Source of the DNA: Escherichia coli
GTDB taxonomy: Bacteria > Pseudomonadota > Gammaproteobacteria > Enterobacterales > Enterobacteriaceae
Reading direction: 5' to 3' (one strand)
Length of the DNA: 21,033 nt
NCBI RefSeq assembly: GCF_003334335.1
Contig: NZ_QOWQ01000051.1
The notes under the pieces were generated by a model that saw nothing but the letters and a program-made list of their open reading frames with translations, was not told where the DNA came from and made no database searches. Both the position numbers and the translations under genes were made by a program. Each line of letters begins with the position of its first letter. Positions within the stretch are counted from its first letter, which is position 1. Positions 1-9,110 of the stretch are shown here, in pieces.

Positions 1-171
1 TCCATAAATTAACCTTCATTTGATGCTGGATTGAACATATCAAAATCAGGCAATTACACAAATCTATGTACAGGCTCGCCATGGACAGAAACTACCTGGC
101 GTCAGTCCTTGCGGGGAGCGGGCTTTCGTAGTAATACCCCGACTCTCCCCGTCCTTAAACACAACCCCCAC

Positions 172-942
172 TCACCACAACCTAAACTCATCCGCATCCT
201 GCCATGCCGGAAACTTTTCTCTATATTCCCGCAATGCTGCCATCGACAGCTCCGCATCAATGCGCGTTGCCTGATGCGCGTCGGCAGTAGCGATAATCTC
301 TCCTTGCGGATTAATCACCCGGCTGTCACCGCGATAATGGCAGCCGTTGCCATCGCTGCCGACGCGATTGCATCCCGCCACATACGCCTGATTCTCAATC
401 GCGCGGGCCGTCAGCAATGCCTGCCAGTGCAGAGAGCGCGGAGCAGGCCAGTTGGCGACGTACAGGGCGAGGTCATAATCGTTGAGATTGCGCGACCACA
501 CAGGAAAACGTAAGTCGTAGCACACCAGCGGCAAAATACGCCAGCCGCGCCATTCCACAATCACTCGCGCATTGCCCGCTTTATAATGTAGATGCTCATC
601 TGCCATGCGGAACAGATGACGCTTATCATAAAAATGTACCGTGCCGCCCGGCTCAACCAGCAAAAAGCGGTTAACCGAACCAGACTCCGTTTGTAATGCA
701 ACACTGCCTGCAATCAGCGCATTGCACTGCTGCGCCTTAGCTGTCATCCAGTTCACTACGTCATCTTGTGCTAGCGACGAAGCTGCCGCTTCCATGGCAA
801 AGCCGCTGGTAAACATCTCCGGTAGAACGATCACATCGCGCCCGGTAATACCTTCCAGTTGACGATCAAAATGACGCAGGTTGGCAGGACCATCCATCCA
901 CACCAGTGGTTGCTGCAAAAGCGTAATCTTCAAACCAGGCAC
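172..942 (-). CDS. yafV: Carbon-nitrogen hydrolase (nitrilase superfamily), omega-amidase-like YafV
   Basis: Track ORF 172..951 (259 aa) begins at a TTG; a GTG three codons in (942) gives MPGLK... and 256 aa, the length I recall for K-12 YafV. Nitrilase-family Glu/Lys/Cys context is visible (VLPEMF, YDKRHLF, LVCYDLRFP). Start choice is from memory. Confidence 0.85.
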   Translation of the reverse strand: MPGLKITLLQQPLVWMDGPANLRHFDRQLEGITGRDVIVLPEMFTSGFAMEAAASSLAQDDVVNWMTAKAQQCNALIAGSVALQTESGSVNRFLLVEPGGTVHFYDKRHLFRMADEHLHYKAGNARVIVEWRGWRILPLVCYDLRFPVWSRNLNDYDLALYVANWPAPRSLHWQALLTARAIENQAYVAGCNRVGSDGNGCHYRGDSRVINPQGEIIATADAHQATRIDAELSMAALREYREKFPAWQDADEFRLW

Positions 943-1095
943 GGTGTACAACTCCTTTATGCGAAGGGTTTTATAACTTTAACACCTTATCAGGCAGTTG
1001 CCTTAGCGCAGAATAAATTGATAACAAATGCTGATATTGGAAATATCTGATTTGCAAATTATCGTGTTATCGCCAGGCTTTAGGAGGTTAATAAC

Positions 1096-1569
1096 ATGGG
1101 CAGGATAAGCTCGGGAGGAATGATGTTTAAGGCAATAACGACAGTCGCCGCTCTGGTCATCGCCACCAGTGCAATGGCGCAGGATGATTTAACCATTAGC
1201 AGCCTTGCAAAGGGCGAAACCACCAAAGCTGCATTTAATCAGATGGTACAAGGGCATAAGCTGCCTGCCTGGGTGATGAAAGGCGGTACTTATACTCCCG
1301 CACAAACCGTAACGTTGGGAGATGAGACGTATCAGGTGATGAGCGCGTGCAAACCGCATGACTGTGGCTCGCAACGTATCGCTGTGATGTGGTCCGAGAA
1401 ATCTAATCAGATGACGGGGCTGTTCTCGACTATTGATGAGAAAACGTCGCAAGAGAAACTCACCTGGCTGAATGTGAACGATGCGCTTTCGATTGATGGT
1501 AAAACGGTGTTGTTCGCGGCGTTGACCGGCAGCCTGGAAAACCATCCGGATGGCTTTAATTTTAAATAA
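1096..1569 (+). CDS. ivy: Inhibitor of vertebrate (C-type) lysozyme, periplasmic
   Basis: 157 aa ORF with an N-terminal signal peptide (…ATSAMAQDD) and the CKPHDC loop motif characteristic of Ivy. Strong SD AGGAGG at 1083-1088, 7 nt upstream of the ATG. Confidence 0.9.
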   Translation: MGRISSGGMMFKAITTVAALVIATSAMAQDDLTISSLAKGETTKAAFNQMVQGHKLPAWVMKGGTYTPAQTVTLGDETYQVMSACKPHDCGSQRIAVMWSEKSNQMTGLFSTIDEKTSQEKLTWLNVNDALSIDGKTVLFAALTGSLENHPDGFNFK

Positions 1570-1583
1570 TTAGCGGATAAAGA

Positions 1584-1605
1584 AACGGAGCCTTTCGGCT
1601 CCGTT
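1584..1605. terminator. Bidirectional rho-independent terminator hairpin between convergent ivy and fadE
   Basis: Perfect 9-bp stem aacggagcc / ggctccgtt with a tttc loop, lying between the ivy stop (1567-1569) and the fadE stop (1612-1614). Flanked by T-rich runs on both strands (attcattt on plus, tctttat on minus). Confidence 0.55.
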
Positions 1606-1611
1606 ATTCAT

Positions 1612-4056
1612 TTACGCGGCTTCAACTTTCCGCACTTTCTCCGGCAACTTTACCGGCTTCGTCGCCAGCTCTTCCGGATCAAAGTCATCAACGTTAATAC
1701 TGCGCAGACGGCTTTCTTCAGCTTTCACCAGAATAGCGGCTTCATCTTTATCAATCAGCCCCTTCACCAGCGCGTTGTGCGCCAGTTCATCCAGACGGGT
1801 AAACGGCAGGTTTTTACCCAGCTCTTTACAGATCCGCTGATGAATTGGGTCGGCGGCAATCACATCCACCAGCGCCTCTTCCAGCAAGCCAACCGGATTA
1901 TGCTCGCTCGGCGTCAGGTACTGACCGCGACCAATGCGGGAACGGGTGGCGTTCGGCACTTGTAAAATCTTCGCCACTTTATGATCCAGCTTGTCAGAAG
2001 GTGCCAGATAATGACGTCCGGTCGGGAAGATCACCACATTCAGCAGCCCGGCAACCACGCGGTTCGGGAAGTTTTGCAGTAAATCATCCATCGCCTGTTC
2101 AGCCTGATACAGCGCATCTTGTACGCCCCAGTGCACCAGCGGCAGGTCGGCTTCATTACGGCCTTCGTCGTCATAACGCTTCAGCACGGCAGAGGCGAGG
2201 TAGAGCTGGCTTAAAATATCCCCCAGACGGGCCGAGATGCGCTCGCGACGTTTCAGGCTGCCGCCCAGCACTGCCATCGAGACATCAGAAAGCAGGGCGA
2301 GGTTGGCGCTCAGGCGGTTCAGGTGCTGATAGTAGCGTTTAGTGGCATCGCCGGTTGGCGTGCTGCTGGTTAAACCGCGCGTCAGGCCCAGCCAGAAGCT
2401 GCGAACTTTGTTGCTACCGACGTGACCGATATGTTTGAACAACAGTTTATCGAACGCGTTGACGTCATTGTTCTTCGCCGCTTCCATCTCTTCCAGCACG
2501 TACGGATGGCAACGAATCGCTCCTTGTCCGAAGATCATCATGCTGCGGGTCAGAATGTTAGCCCCTTCAACGGTGATGGCAATCGGTGCGCCCTGGTAAG
2601 CACGCGCCAGGAAGTTGCTTTGCCCGAGCATAATGCCTTTACCGCCGGTAATATCCATCGCATCAATAATCGACTGCTGCCCGCGGTGGGTACAGTGATA
2701 CTTAACGATAGCCGACAGCACGGCAGGTTTTTCGCCGAGCATAATGCCGTAGGTAATCAGCGATGCCGCAGCATCCATCACGTAGGCATTACCGGCAATA
2801 CGCGCCAGCGGCTCTTCAATCCCTTCCATCTTACCAATAGAGATTTTGAACTGACGGCGAATGTGAGCATACGCGCCGGTTGCCAGCGCTACCGATTTCA
2901 CGCCGCCGGTTGAGTTGGAAGGCAGGGTGATGCCGCGGCCTACCGAGAGGCACTCCACCAGCATCCGCCAGCCTTGCCCGGCCATTTTCGGCCCGCCGAT
3001 GATGTAATCGATCGGCACGAAGACATCTTTACCGCGCGTCGGTCCGTTCTGGAACGGTACGTTCAGCGGGAAGTGGCGACGACCAATTTCCACGCCCGGC
3101 GTGGTGGTTGGGATCAGCGCACAGGTAATGCCTAAATCTTCTGCACCGCCGAGTAATTTTTCCGGGTCGGAGAGTTTAAACGCCAGCCCAAGCACGGTCG
3201 CAATCGGTGCCAGCGTAATGTAGCGTTTGTTCCAGGTCAGACGCATCCCCAGCACCTGCTGGCCCTGCCATTCGCCCATGCAGACAATCCCGGTGTCCGG
3301 AATCGCGCCCGCATCGGAACCCGCTTCCGGGCTGGTCAGTGCAAAGCAGGGGATCTCCTGACCACGCGCCAGACGCGGCAGATAGTGATCTTTCTGCTCG
3401 TCAGTGCCGTAATGTTGCAACAGTTCGCCCGGGCCTAATGAGTTTGGCACGCCGACGGTAATCGCCAGGATCCCGCTCACGCCGGAGAGTTTTTGCAGCA
3501 CGCGAGACTGGGCATAAGCCGAGAACTCCAGCCCGCCGTACTCTTTTTTGATGATCATCGCGAAGAAACGATGCTCTTTAAGGTACGCCCACAACTCCGG
3601 CGGCAGATCCGCCAGCTCATGGGTGATCTGGAAATCATTCGCCATCCGGCAGGCTTCTTCTACCGGGCCGTCGAGAAACGCTTGCTCTTCGGCGGTCAGG
3701 CGCGGCTGCGGATAGTTATGCAGCTTTTTCCAGTCCGGCTTGCCCTGGAACAAGTCGCCCTCCCACCAGGTGGTGCCCGCATCAATCGCTTCTTTCTCAG
3801 TGCGCGACATCGGCGGCATCACCTTACGGAAACCGCGAAATACCGGCGCGGAAATCATCGACTTACGCATAGGCGCAAAGTTAAATGGCACGAGGATAAT
3901 GGCCAGAGGCACCAGTACCCACGCCGACCACAGACCAGCAACGCCGAGGGCGGCTGTCCAGGCGAGCAAAATCAGACTGCTGATAAATAAGCTCACGCGG
4001 TGATAGAACAACGCGCCGAGCAGGACAACCGTAGCGAGAATACTCAAAATCATCAT
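1612..4056 (-). CDS. fadE: Acyl-CoA dehydrogenase FadE (fatty acid beta-oxidation)
   Basis: Track ORF is 840 aa from 4134. The ATG at 4056 ([14 protein letters not shown]…) gives 814 aa, matching the FadE length I recall, with N-terminal hydrophobic segments and an acyl-CoA dehydrogenase body. An AGGGG Shine-Dalgarno lies just upstream of 4056. Confidence 0.9.
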
Positions 4057-4077
4057 AACGAAAAGCCCCTTACTTGT

Positions 4078-4094
4078 AGGAGGTCTGACCACTT
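4078..4094 (-). promoter_or_regulatory. Candidate FadR operator upstream of fadE
   Basis: On the minus strand this reads AAGTGGTCAGACCTCCT, close to the FadR box consensus with a TGGTC-N-GACC core. It sits about 30 nt upstream of the fadE start. Motif match by eye only. Confidence 0.4.
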
Positions 4095-4295
4095 GTGATG
4101 ATATGGTTGTAGTGGATGTAAAAACATTTAGCAATATGTTTACAATATAATTACAACAAAGCTCACATTGTTGCTGTTTTTATCCGCACTTCAGGTCAAA
4201 AAGTCCTGGTCATAGCACCTGCCCGTACTTCTCGCTTTTGGCGGTATCCGGTACACTGCATTTTGTCTATTACATTTATGCTGAAGGATATCCTC

Positions 4296-4874
4296 ATGTA
4301 CCAGGATCTTATTCGTAACGAACTGAACGAAGCGGCGGAAACGCTGGCTAACTTTTTAAAAGATGACGCCAATATTCACGCCATTCAGCGCGCGGCGGTC
4401 CTGTTAGCAGACAGCTTTAAAGCCGGTGGCAAAGTGCTTTCCTGCGGCAACGGCGGTTCCCATTGCGACGCTATGCACTTTGCCGAAGAGTTGACCGGTC
4501 GCTACCGTGAAAACCGTCCGGGCTACCCGGCGATTGCTATTTCTGACGTTAGTCATATTTCCTGCGTCGGTAATGATTTCGGTTTCAATGATATTTTCTC
4601 CCGCTACGTTGAAGCGGTAGGTCGCGAAGGCGATGTACTGCTGGGGATCTCCACCTCCGGTAACTCTGCAAACGTGATCAAAGCGATCGCAGCGGCGCGT
4701 GAGAAGGGAATGAAAGTGATCACCCTGACCGGTAAAGACGGCGGCAAAATGGCTGGCACGGCGGATATCGAAATTCGCGTACCGCACTTTGGTTATGCCG
4801 ACCGCATTCAGGAGATTCACATTAAAGTGATCCATATCCTGATCCAGTTGATTGAAAAAGAGATGGTTAAGTAA
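4296..4874 (+). CDS. gmhA: Sedoheptulose-7-phosphate isomerase (SIS domain), LPS core heptose biosynthesis
   Basis: Track ORF starts at 4263; the internal ATG at 4296 ([10 protein letters not shown]…) gives 192 aa, the length I recall for GmhA/LpcA. SD-like AAGGAT precedes it. Confidence 0.9.
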
Positions 4875-4880
4875 GTCTGG

Positions 4881-5017
4881 CGTAGGCCGGATAAGACGTT
4901 TACGCCGCATCCGGCATTTGTGCGCTGATGCCTGATGCGACGCTGACGCGTCTTATCATGCCTACAAATCTGTACGCGAACCGTAGGCCGAATAATGCGT
5001 TCACGCCGCATCCGACC
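4881..5017. repeat. REP/BIME cluster (three REP palindromes) between gmhA and yafJ
   Basis: Imperfect palindromes of the E. coli REP type: gtaggccggataagacgtttacgccgcatccggca, gcctgatgcgacgctgacgcgtcttatcatgcctac and a third copy at 4981-5016. Confidence 0.8.
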
Positions 5018-5079
5018 TGAAAATTCTTAAATCAATCTTCGCCGGGGGCCATGCGCTCCCGCTGTTGTGGAGGTTACCC

Positions 5080-5847
5080 ATGTGCGAATTGCTCGGGATG
5101 AGCGCCAACGTCCCTACCGATATCTGCTTTAGTTTCACCGGGCTTGTACAGCGTGGTGGTGGAACCGGGCCACATAAAGATGGCTGGGGCATTACCTTTT
5201 ACGAAGGTAAAGGCTGTCGCACATTTAAAGATCCACAACCCAGCTTTAATTCCCCCATCGCCAAACTTGTCCAGGACTACCCGATAAAATCCTGTTCGGT
5301 GGTGGCTCATATTCGCCAGGCTAATCGGGGCGAGGTGGCGCTGGAAAATACTCACCCATTTACCCGCGAGTTATGGGGGCGTAACTGGACTTATGCCCAT
5401 AACGGACAACTGACGGGCTACAAATCACTGGAAACCGGCAACTTCCGCCCGGTAGGCGAAACCGACAGCGAAAAAGCCTTCTGCTGGCTCCTGCATAAAT
5501 TAACGCAGCGTTACCCGCGCACACCGGGCAACATGGCGGCGGTATTTAAATATATCGCCTCACTGGCGGATGAACTGCGGCAGAAGGGCGTTTTCAACAT
5601 GCTGCTTTCGGACGGGCGCTATGTAATGGCGTATTGCTCGACTAATTTACACTGGATCACCCGCCGCGCGCCGTTTGGCGTGGCAACGTTGCTGGATCAG
5701 GATGTGGAAATCGACTTCAGCTCGCAGACCACACCGAATGATGTGGTCACGGTGATTGCAACACAGCCGCTGACGGGCAATGAAACCTGGCAAAAGATTA
5801 TGCCAGGCGAATGGCGCTTATTTTGCCTCGGGGAGCGTGTAGTTTGA
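5080..5847 (+). CDS. yafJ: Class II (Ntn-type) glutamine amidotransferase-like protein YafJ
   Basis: Track ORF starts at 5065; the ATG at 5080 gives MCELLGM… with Cys at position 2, the class II GATase nucleophile arrangement, and 255 aa. GGAGG SD at 5069-5073. Confidence 0.85.
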   Translation: MCELLGMSANVPTDICFSFTGLVQRGGGTGPHKDGWGITFYEGKGCRTFKDPQPSFNSPIAKLVQDYPIKSCSVVAHIRQANRGEVALENTHPFTRELWGRNWTYAHNGQLTGYKSLETGNFRPVGETDSEKAFCWLLHKLTQRYPRTPGNMAAVFKYIASLADELRQKGVFNMLLSDGRYVMAYCSTNLHWITRRAPFGVATLLDQDVEIDFSSQTTPNDVVTVIATQPLTGNETWQKIMPGEWRLFCLGERVV

Positions 5848-6558
5848 TGCCAGTTGTGGCTGCACAACTTCGTGGCTTAACGGCTTGCTGACCACGTAAC
5901 GACCATTGACCACAGAAACGGTTGGTGGCTTACGGGTTTGCTCAAAGTAGTCGTAACCCGGCTTCAGTTGCTCCCAGAAGTCCTTAAAGTTGGAATATTT
6001 ATGGCGCTTCATATTGGCGTCGGTCATGCGGAACGGGTAAATACTCACTTGCACGCTCGGCTGACCAAACACCAGCGCACCAGTAACGAACTGGAATATC
6101 TCATCAATACCCTGATTGGTCATTGCGTAGCAGCCGATGGAAACACAATCGCCGTGGATCATCAGGTATTTCCCTTCATAACCATGCGCACGGTCATAGG
6201 CATTGGGGAAACCAATATTAATCGCTTTGTAGTAACGGCTGTCTGGTTTTAACTGATTACGCTGGACGCTATAAAACCCTTCCGGGCTTTTGAAATCGCC
6301 CTGACGCTGTTTTGGCCCTAAGCCGCCGGAATATTTACAGATTTTATAGCTGTCGAGCAGTTGATATTGCTCGCCCATTTTGACGTAGAGATCGAGCGTA
6401 CGTTCTTCCTTGAAGATCTGGATGTAGACAGGGGATCCCATCAACTGCTGCTTATACTCTTTGCTCACAGGCGTGGTAGAGCTACTGCTGCCCAGCAAAC
6501 CGGCAAATGAAACGCACGGGATCAACAACATCGCAAGAATTAATGCGATTTTACGCAT
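5818..6558 (-). CDS. yafK: L,D-transpeptidase-fold (YkuD) periplasmic protein YafK
   Basis: 246 aa with an N-terminal signal peptide and the YkuD catalytic region [12 protein letters not shown]. Its 3' end overlaps the 3' end of convergent yafJ by 30 bp. Confidence 0.85.
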   Translation of the reverse strand: MRKIALILAMLLIPCVSFAGLLGSSSSTTPVSKEYKQQLMGSPVYIQIFKEERTLDLYVKMGEQYQLLDSYKICKYSGGLGPKQRQGDFKSPEGFYSVQRNQLKPDSRYYKAINIGFPNAYDRAHGYEGKYLMIHGDCVSIGCYAMTNQGIDEIFQFVTGALVFGQPSVQVSIYPFRMTDANMKRHKYSNFKDFWEQLKPGYDYFEQTRKPPTVSVVNGRYVVSKPLSHEVVQPQLASNYTLPEAK

Positions 6559-6713
6559 ACTGCTTATTCCTTGATAAAACGGTTACACACGCCAGGACGG
6601 CAAAATGGATCCCAAATCGGAATAGTCTGGATTTGGAAGGCTCACATTATCACCAAAAGAGTTTTACGCAAGCCTGTCGGCGCAGGGTTTACAAATTTCA
6701 TCGGAAGCGGGCT

Positions 6714-6992
6714 TTACCCAAAGAGCGCCGCGTGAGTTCCAGTTCTCTCAAATCGTAAAAGTTTATCGGTAAGTTTGTAAATCAGGATCCAGTCCGGTTC
6801 GACATGAGCATCGCGATAACCTTTCCATGAACCTTGCAGCGGGTGGTCTTTATAAACAGCTGGAAGCGGTAAAGTATTATTGATAAGAAGCGTCATAAGA
6901 TATTTCAATTTATTCATATCCTTATGACGCTTTTGTGCAAGTTTTACATCCTTTGAATATTGTCCCGAGTATTCAATATCCCTTTGAATCAT
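6714..6992 (-). CDS. yafQ: YafQ toxin (RelE-fold, ribosome-dependent mRNA interferase)
   Basis: 92 aa ORF MIQRDIEYSGQYSKDVKLAQKRHKD… lying 2 nt downstream of dinJ on the same strand. Recognised from memory as YafQ. Confidence 0.9.
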   Translation of the reverse strand: MIQRDIEYSGQYSKDVKLAQKRHKDMNKLKYLMTLLINNTLPLPAVYKDHPLQGSWKGYRDAHVEPDWILIYKLTDKLLRFERTGTHAALFG

Positions 6993-6994
6993 AT

Positions 6995-7255
6995 TTAAAT
7001 TCCTAATTTATCAAATAAATCATCGGCGTCTTTGGCCTTATGAACATCAATGCCAGCTTCGCTGTTTTTGATTGATTGAATGGTTAATTGATTAGGCTCG
7101 CGTAAATCAAACGGCAATGCCTTTTCACGCGCGACCTTTGTGAGGGTTATGCGAACCAGGTCAGAGATGGTCAGCCCCATCCCGGCCAGTACGTCCGCTG
7201 CCTGATTCTTCAGATCTTCATCGATTCGGGCGCGAACAAACGCGTTAGCAGCCAT
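6995..7255 (-). CDS. dinJ: DinJ antitoxin (RHH DNA-binding)
   Basis: 86 aa ORF MAANAFVRARIDEDLKNQAADVLAGMGLTISDLVRI…, immediately upstream of yafQ with a LexA box in its promoter. Confidence 0.9.
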   Translation of the reverse strand: MAANAFVRARIDEDLKNQAADVLAGMGLTISDLVRITLTKVAREKALPFDLREPNQLTIQSIKNSEAGIDVHKAKDADDLFDKLGI

Positions 7256-7271
7256 TGGGGTATCTCCTGTG

Positions 7272-7287
7272 CTGTATATTTATTCAG
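7272..7287 (-). promoter_or_regulatory. LexA (SOS) box in the dinJ promoter
   Basis: Plus strand ctgtatatttattcag; minus strand CTGAATAAATATACAG, fitting the CTG-N10-CAG SOS box pattern. Located 17-32 nt upstream of the dinJ start codon. Confidence 0.7.
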
Positions 7288-7464
7288 CTTGAATTGTAGC
7301 TCAAATGAGCAACAGCGACAATCCATGAGTAATTTAATAAACGGATGTTTTTACATAATTAACTGAAATATATATGTTAATTTTATAATAATGGTTTATT
7401 AAGTTTGTTCAGAAACGATCCGGGATACACTGCAACATTAAAGCATGACCAGCCATTATTGAGT

Positions 7465-8214
7465 ATGTCCTTGCCGTCGATTCCATCCTTTGTATTGTCG
7501 GGATTACTGTTGATTTGTTTGCCGTTTTCTTCATTTGCCAGCGCCACCACATCACATATCTCTTTCAGCTACGCCGCCCGCCAGCGGATGCAAAACCGTG
7601 CGCGTTTATTAAAACAGTACCAAACTCATCTGAAAAAGCAGGCCAGCTATATTGTGGAAGGCAATGCCGAAAGCAAAAGGGCGCTACGCCAGCACAACCG
7701 GGAGCAGATAAAACAGCATCCAGAATGGTTTCCTGCTCCGCTCAAGGCGAGTGACAGACGCTGGCAGGCGCTGGCGGAAAACAACCACTTTTTAAGCAGC
7801 GACCATCTGCATAACATTACCGAAGTGGCGATTCACCGCCTGGAGCAGCAGCTTGGCAAGCCTTACGTCTGGGGCGGTACGCGGCCTGATAAAGGCTTTG
7901 ACTGTAGCGGGTTGGTTTTTTATGCCTACAACAAGATCCTTGAGGCTAAGCTCCCGCGCACGGCCAATGAGATGTACCACTATCGCCGGGCAACGATTGT
8001 GGCGAACAACGACCTGCGCCGGGGAGATTTGCTGTTTTTCCATATCCACAGCCGCGAGATAGCCGATCATATGGGCGTGTATTTGGGCGATGGGCAATTT
8101 ATCGAGTCGCCACGTACCGGCGAAACCATTCGGATAAGCCGATTAGCCGAACCTTTCTGGCAGGACCATTTTTTGGGCGCGCGCAGGATTTTGACGGAAG
8201 AGACGATTTTGTAG
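7465..8214 (+). CDS. yafL: NlpC/P60-family putative peptidoglycan endopeptidase lipoprotein YafL
   Basis: Track ORF starts at a TTG (7405); the ATG at 7465 gives 249 aa with a signal/lipobox-like N-terminus. NlpC/P60 catalytic Cys context GFDCSGLVFYAY and downstream His are present. Confidence 0.8.
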   Translation: MSLPSIPSFVLSGLLLICLPFSSFASATTSHISFSYAARQRMQNRARLLKQYQTHLKKQASYIVEGNAESKRALRQHNREQIKQHPEWFPAPLKASDRRWQALAENNHFLSSDHLHNITEVAIHRLEQQLGKPYVWGGTRPDKGFDCSGLVFYAYNKILEAKLPRTANEMYHYRRATIVANNDLRRGDLLFFHIHSREIADHMGVYLGDGQFIESPRTGETIRISRLAEPFWQDHFLGARRILTEETIL

Positions 8215-8296
8215 GACGGATAAGGCGTTTACGCCGCATCCGGCAGTTGTACGCAGGTGCCTGATGCGACGCTGGCGCGTCTTATCATGCCTACGA
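8211..8296. repeat. REP pair (BIME) between yafL and rayT
   Basis: gtaggacggataaggcgtttacgccgcatccggca overlaps the yafL stop, followed by gcctgatgcgacgctggcgcgtcttatcatgcctac. Confidence 0.8.
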
Positions 8297-8389
8297 GCCC
8301 GCGAATATTTGCGAGCCGCTTTCCCGATATAAAACAACCTCATTGCCAACCTTTCCTTTTCTTCTTACCGTTGAGAAAAAGGAGTCGCC

Positions 8390-8887
8390 ATGTCTGAATA
8401 TCGTCGTTATTACATCAAGGGGGGAACATGGTTTTTCACGGTGAATTTACGAAATCGTCGAAGCCAACTTTTGACCACCCAGTACCAGATGCTCCGTCAC
8501 GCCATTATTAAAGTTAAGCGAGACAGGCCTTTTGAAATCAACGCCTGGGTCGTTTTGCCAGAGCATATGCACTGTATCTGGACATTACCTGAAGGCGATG
8601 ATGATTTTTCCTCGCGCTGGCGGGAAATTAAAAAGCAATTTACCCATGCTTGTGGATTGAAAAATATCTGGCAACCACGTTTTTGGGAGCACGCCATCCG
8701 CAATACCAAAGATTATAGGCATCATGTTGATTATATTTATATAAATCCAGTAAAGCATGGTTGGGTAAAGCAAGTGAGTGATTGGCCATTCTCAACGTTC
8801 CATCGCGATGTCGCGCGAGGGTTATATCCCATCGATTGGGCGGGGGACGTAACGGATTTTAGTGCCGGGGAGCGTATCATTTCATAA
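8390..8887 (+). CDS. rayT: REP-associated tyrosine transposase RayT (TnpA-REP, IS200/IS605 HUH family)
   Basis: 165 aa with the HUH motif (PEHMHCIW) and a C-terminal Tyr region. REP arrays flank it on both sides, the REPtron arrangement. Confidence 0.85.
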   Translation: MSEYRRYYIKGGTWFFTVNLRNRRSQLLTTQYQMLRHAIIKVKRDRPFEINAWVVLPEHMHCIWTLPEGDDDFSSRWREIKKQFTHACGLKNIWQPRFWEHAIRNTKDYRHHVDYIYINPVKHGWVKQVSDWPFSTFHRDVARGLYPIDWAGDVTDFSAGERIIS

Positions 8888-8890
8888 TTG

Positions 8891-9095
8891 TGCGCAGATG
8901 CCTGATGCGACGCTAGCGCGTCTTATCATGCCTACAAACTTGTGCCGGATCGGTAGGCCGGATAAGGCGTTTATGCCGCATCCGGCAGTTATGCGCAGAT
9001 GCCTGATGCGACGCTGGCGCGTCTTATCATGCCTACAAACTTGTGCCTGAACGGTAGGACGGATAAGGCGTTCACGCCGCATCCGGCAGTTGTGC
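8891..9095. repeat. REP/BIME array (at least four REP palindromes) between rayT and lfhA
   Basis: Alternating copies of gcctgatgcgacgct(a/g)gcgcgtcttatcatgcctac and ggtagg(c/a)cggataaggcgtt(t/c)a(t/c)gccgcatccggca. The array ends 16 nt before the lfhA stop. Confidence 0.85.
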
Positions 9096-9110
9096 ACCAA
9101 TGCTGGATAC

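Noticed and set aside
31-513. 160-aa plus-strand ORF at the window start
   Set aside because: Overlaps the 3' half of yafV on the opposite strand, and its translation is low-complexity with no recognisable fold. Positions 1-171 are more likely just the 3' flank of yafV.
859-1050. 63-aa ORF in the yafV/ivy divergent intergenic region (also 641..862 inside yafV)
   Set aside because: No SD, partly overlaps the yafV start, and this region must hold the yafV and ivy promoters. No support for coding.
1845-2342. 165-aa plus-strand ORF and others (2422..2913, 3493..3990) inside fadE
   Set aside because: Antisense to a confidently identified acyl-CoA dehydrogenase gene; Arg/Pro/Ser-rich translations typical of antisense frames.
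4057-4134. Longer N-terminal extensions offered by the ORF track for fadE (4134), gmhA (4263), yafJ (5065), yafL (7405), lfiR (13150) and lfiN (14556)
   Set aside because: In each case an internal start gives the protein length and N-terminus I recall for the known protein, or a tight junction with the upstream gene, and has a better SD. The extensions probably reflect the longest-ORF convention.
4881-5017. Possibility that the repeated palindromes here and at 8211-8296, 8891-9095 and 15486-15602 form a CRISPR array
   Set aside because: The units are imperfect palindromes of two alternating REP families in mixed orientation, with irregular short spacers and no cas genes. These are REP/BIME elements, not CRISPR repeats.
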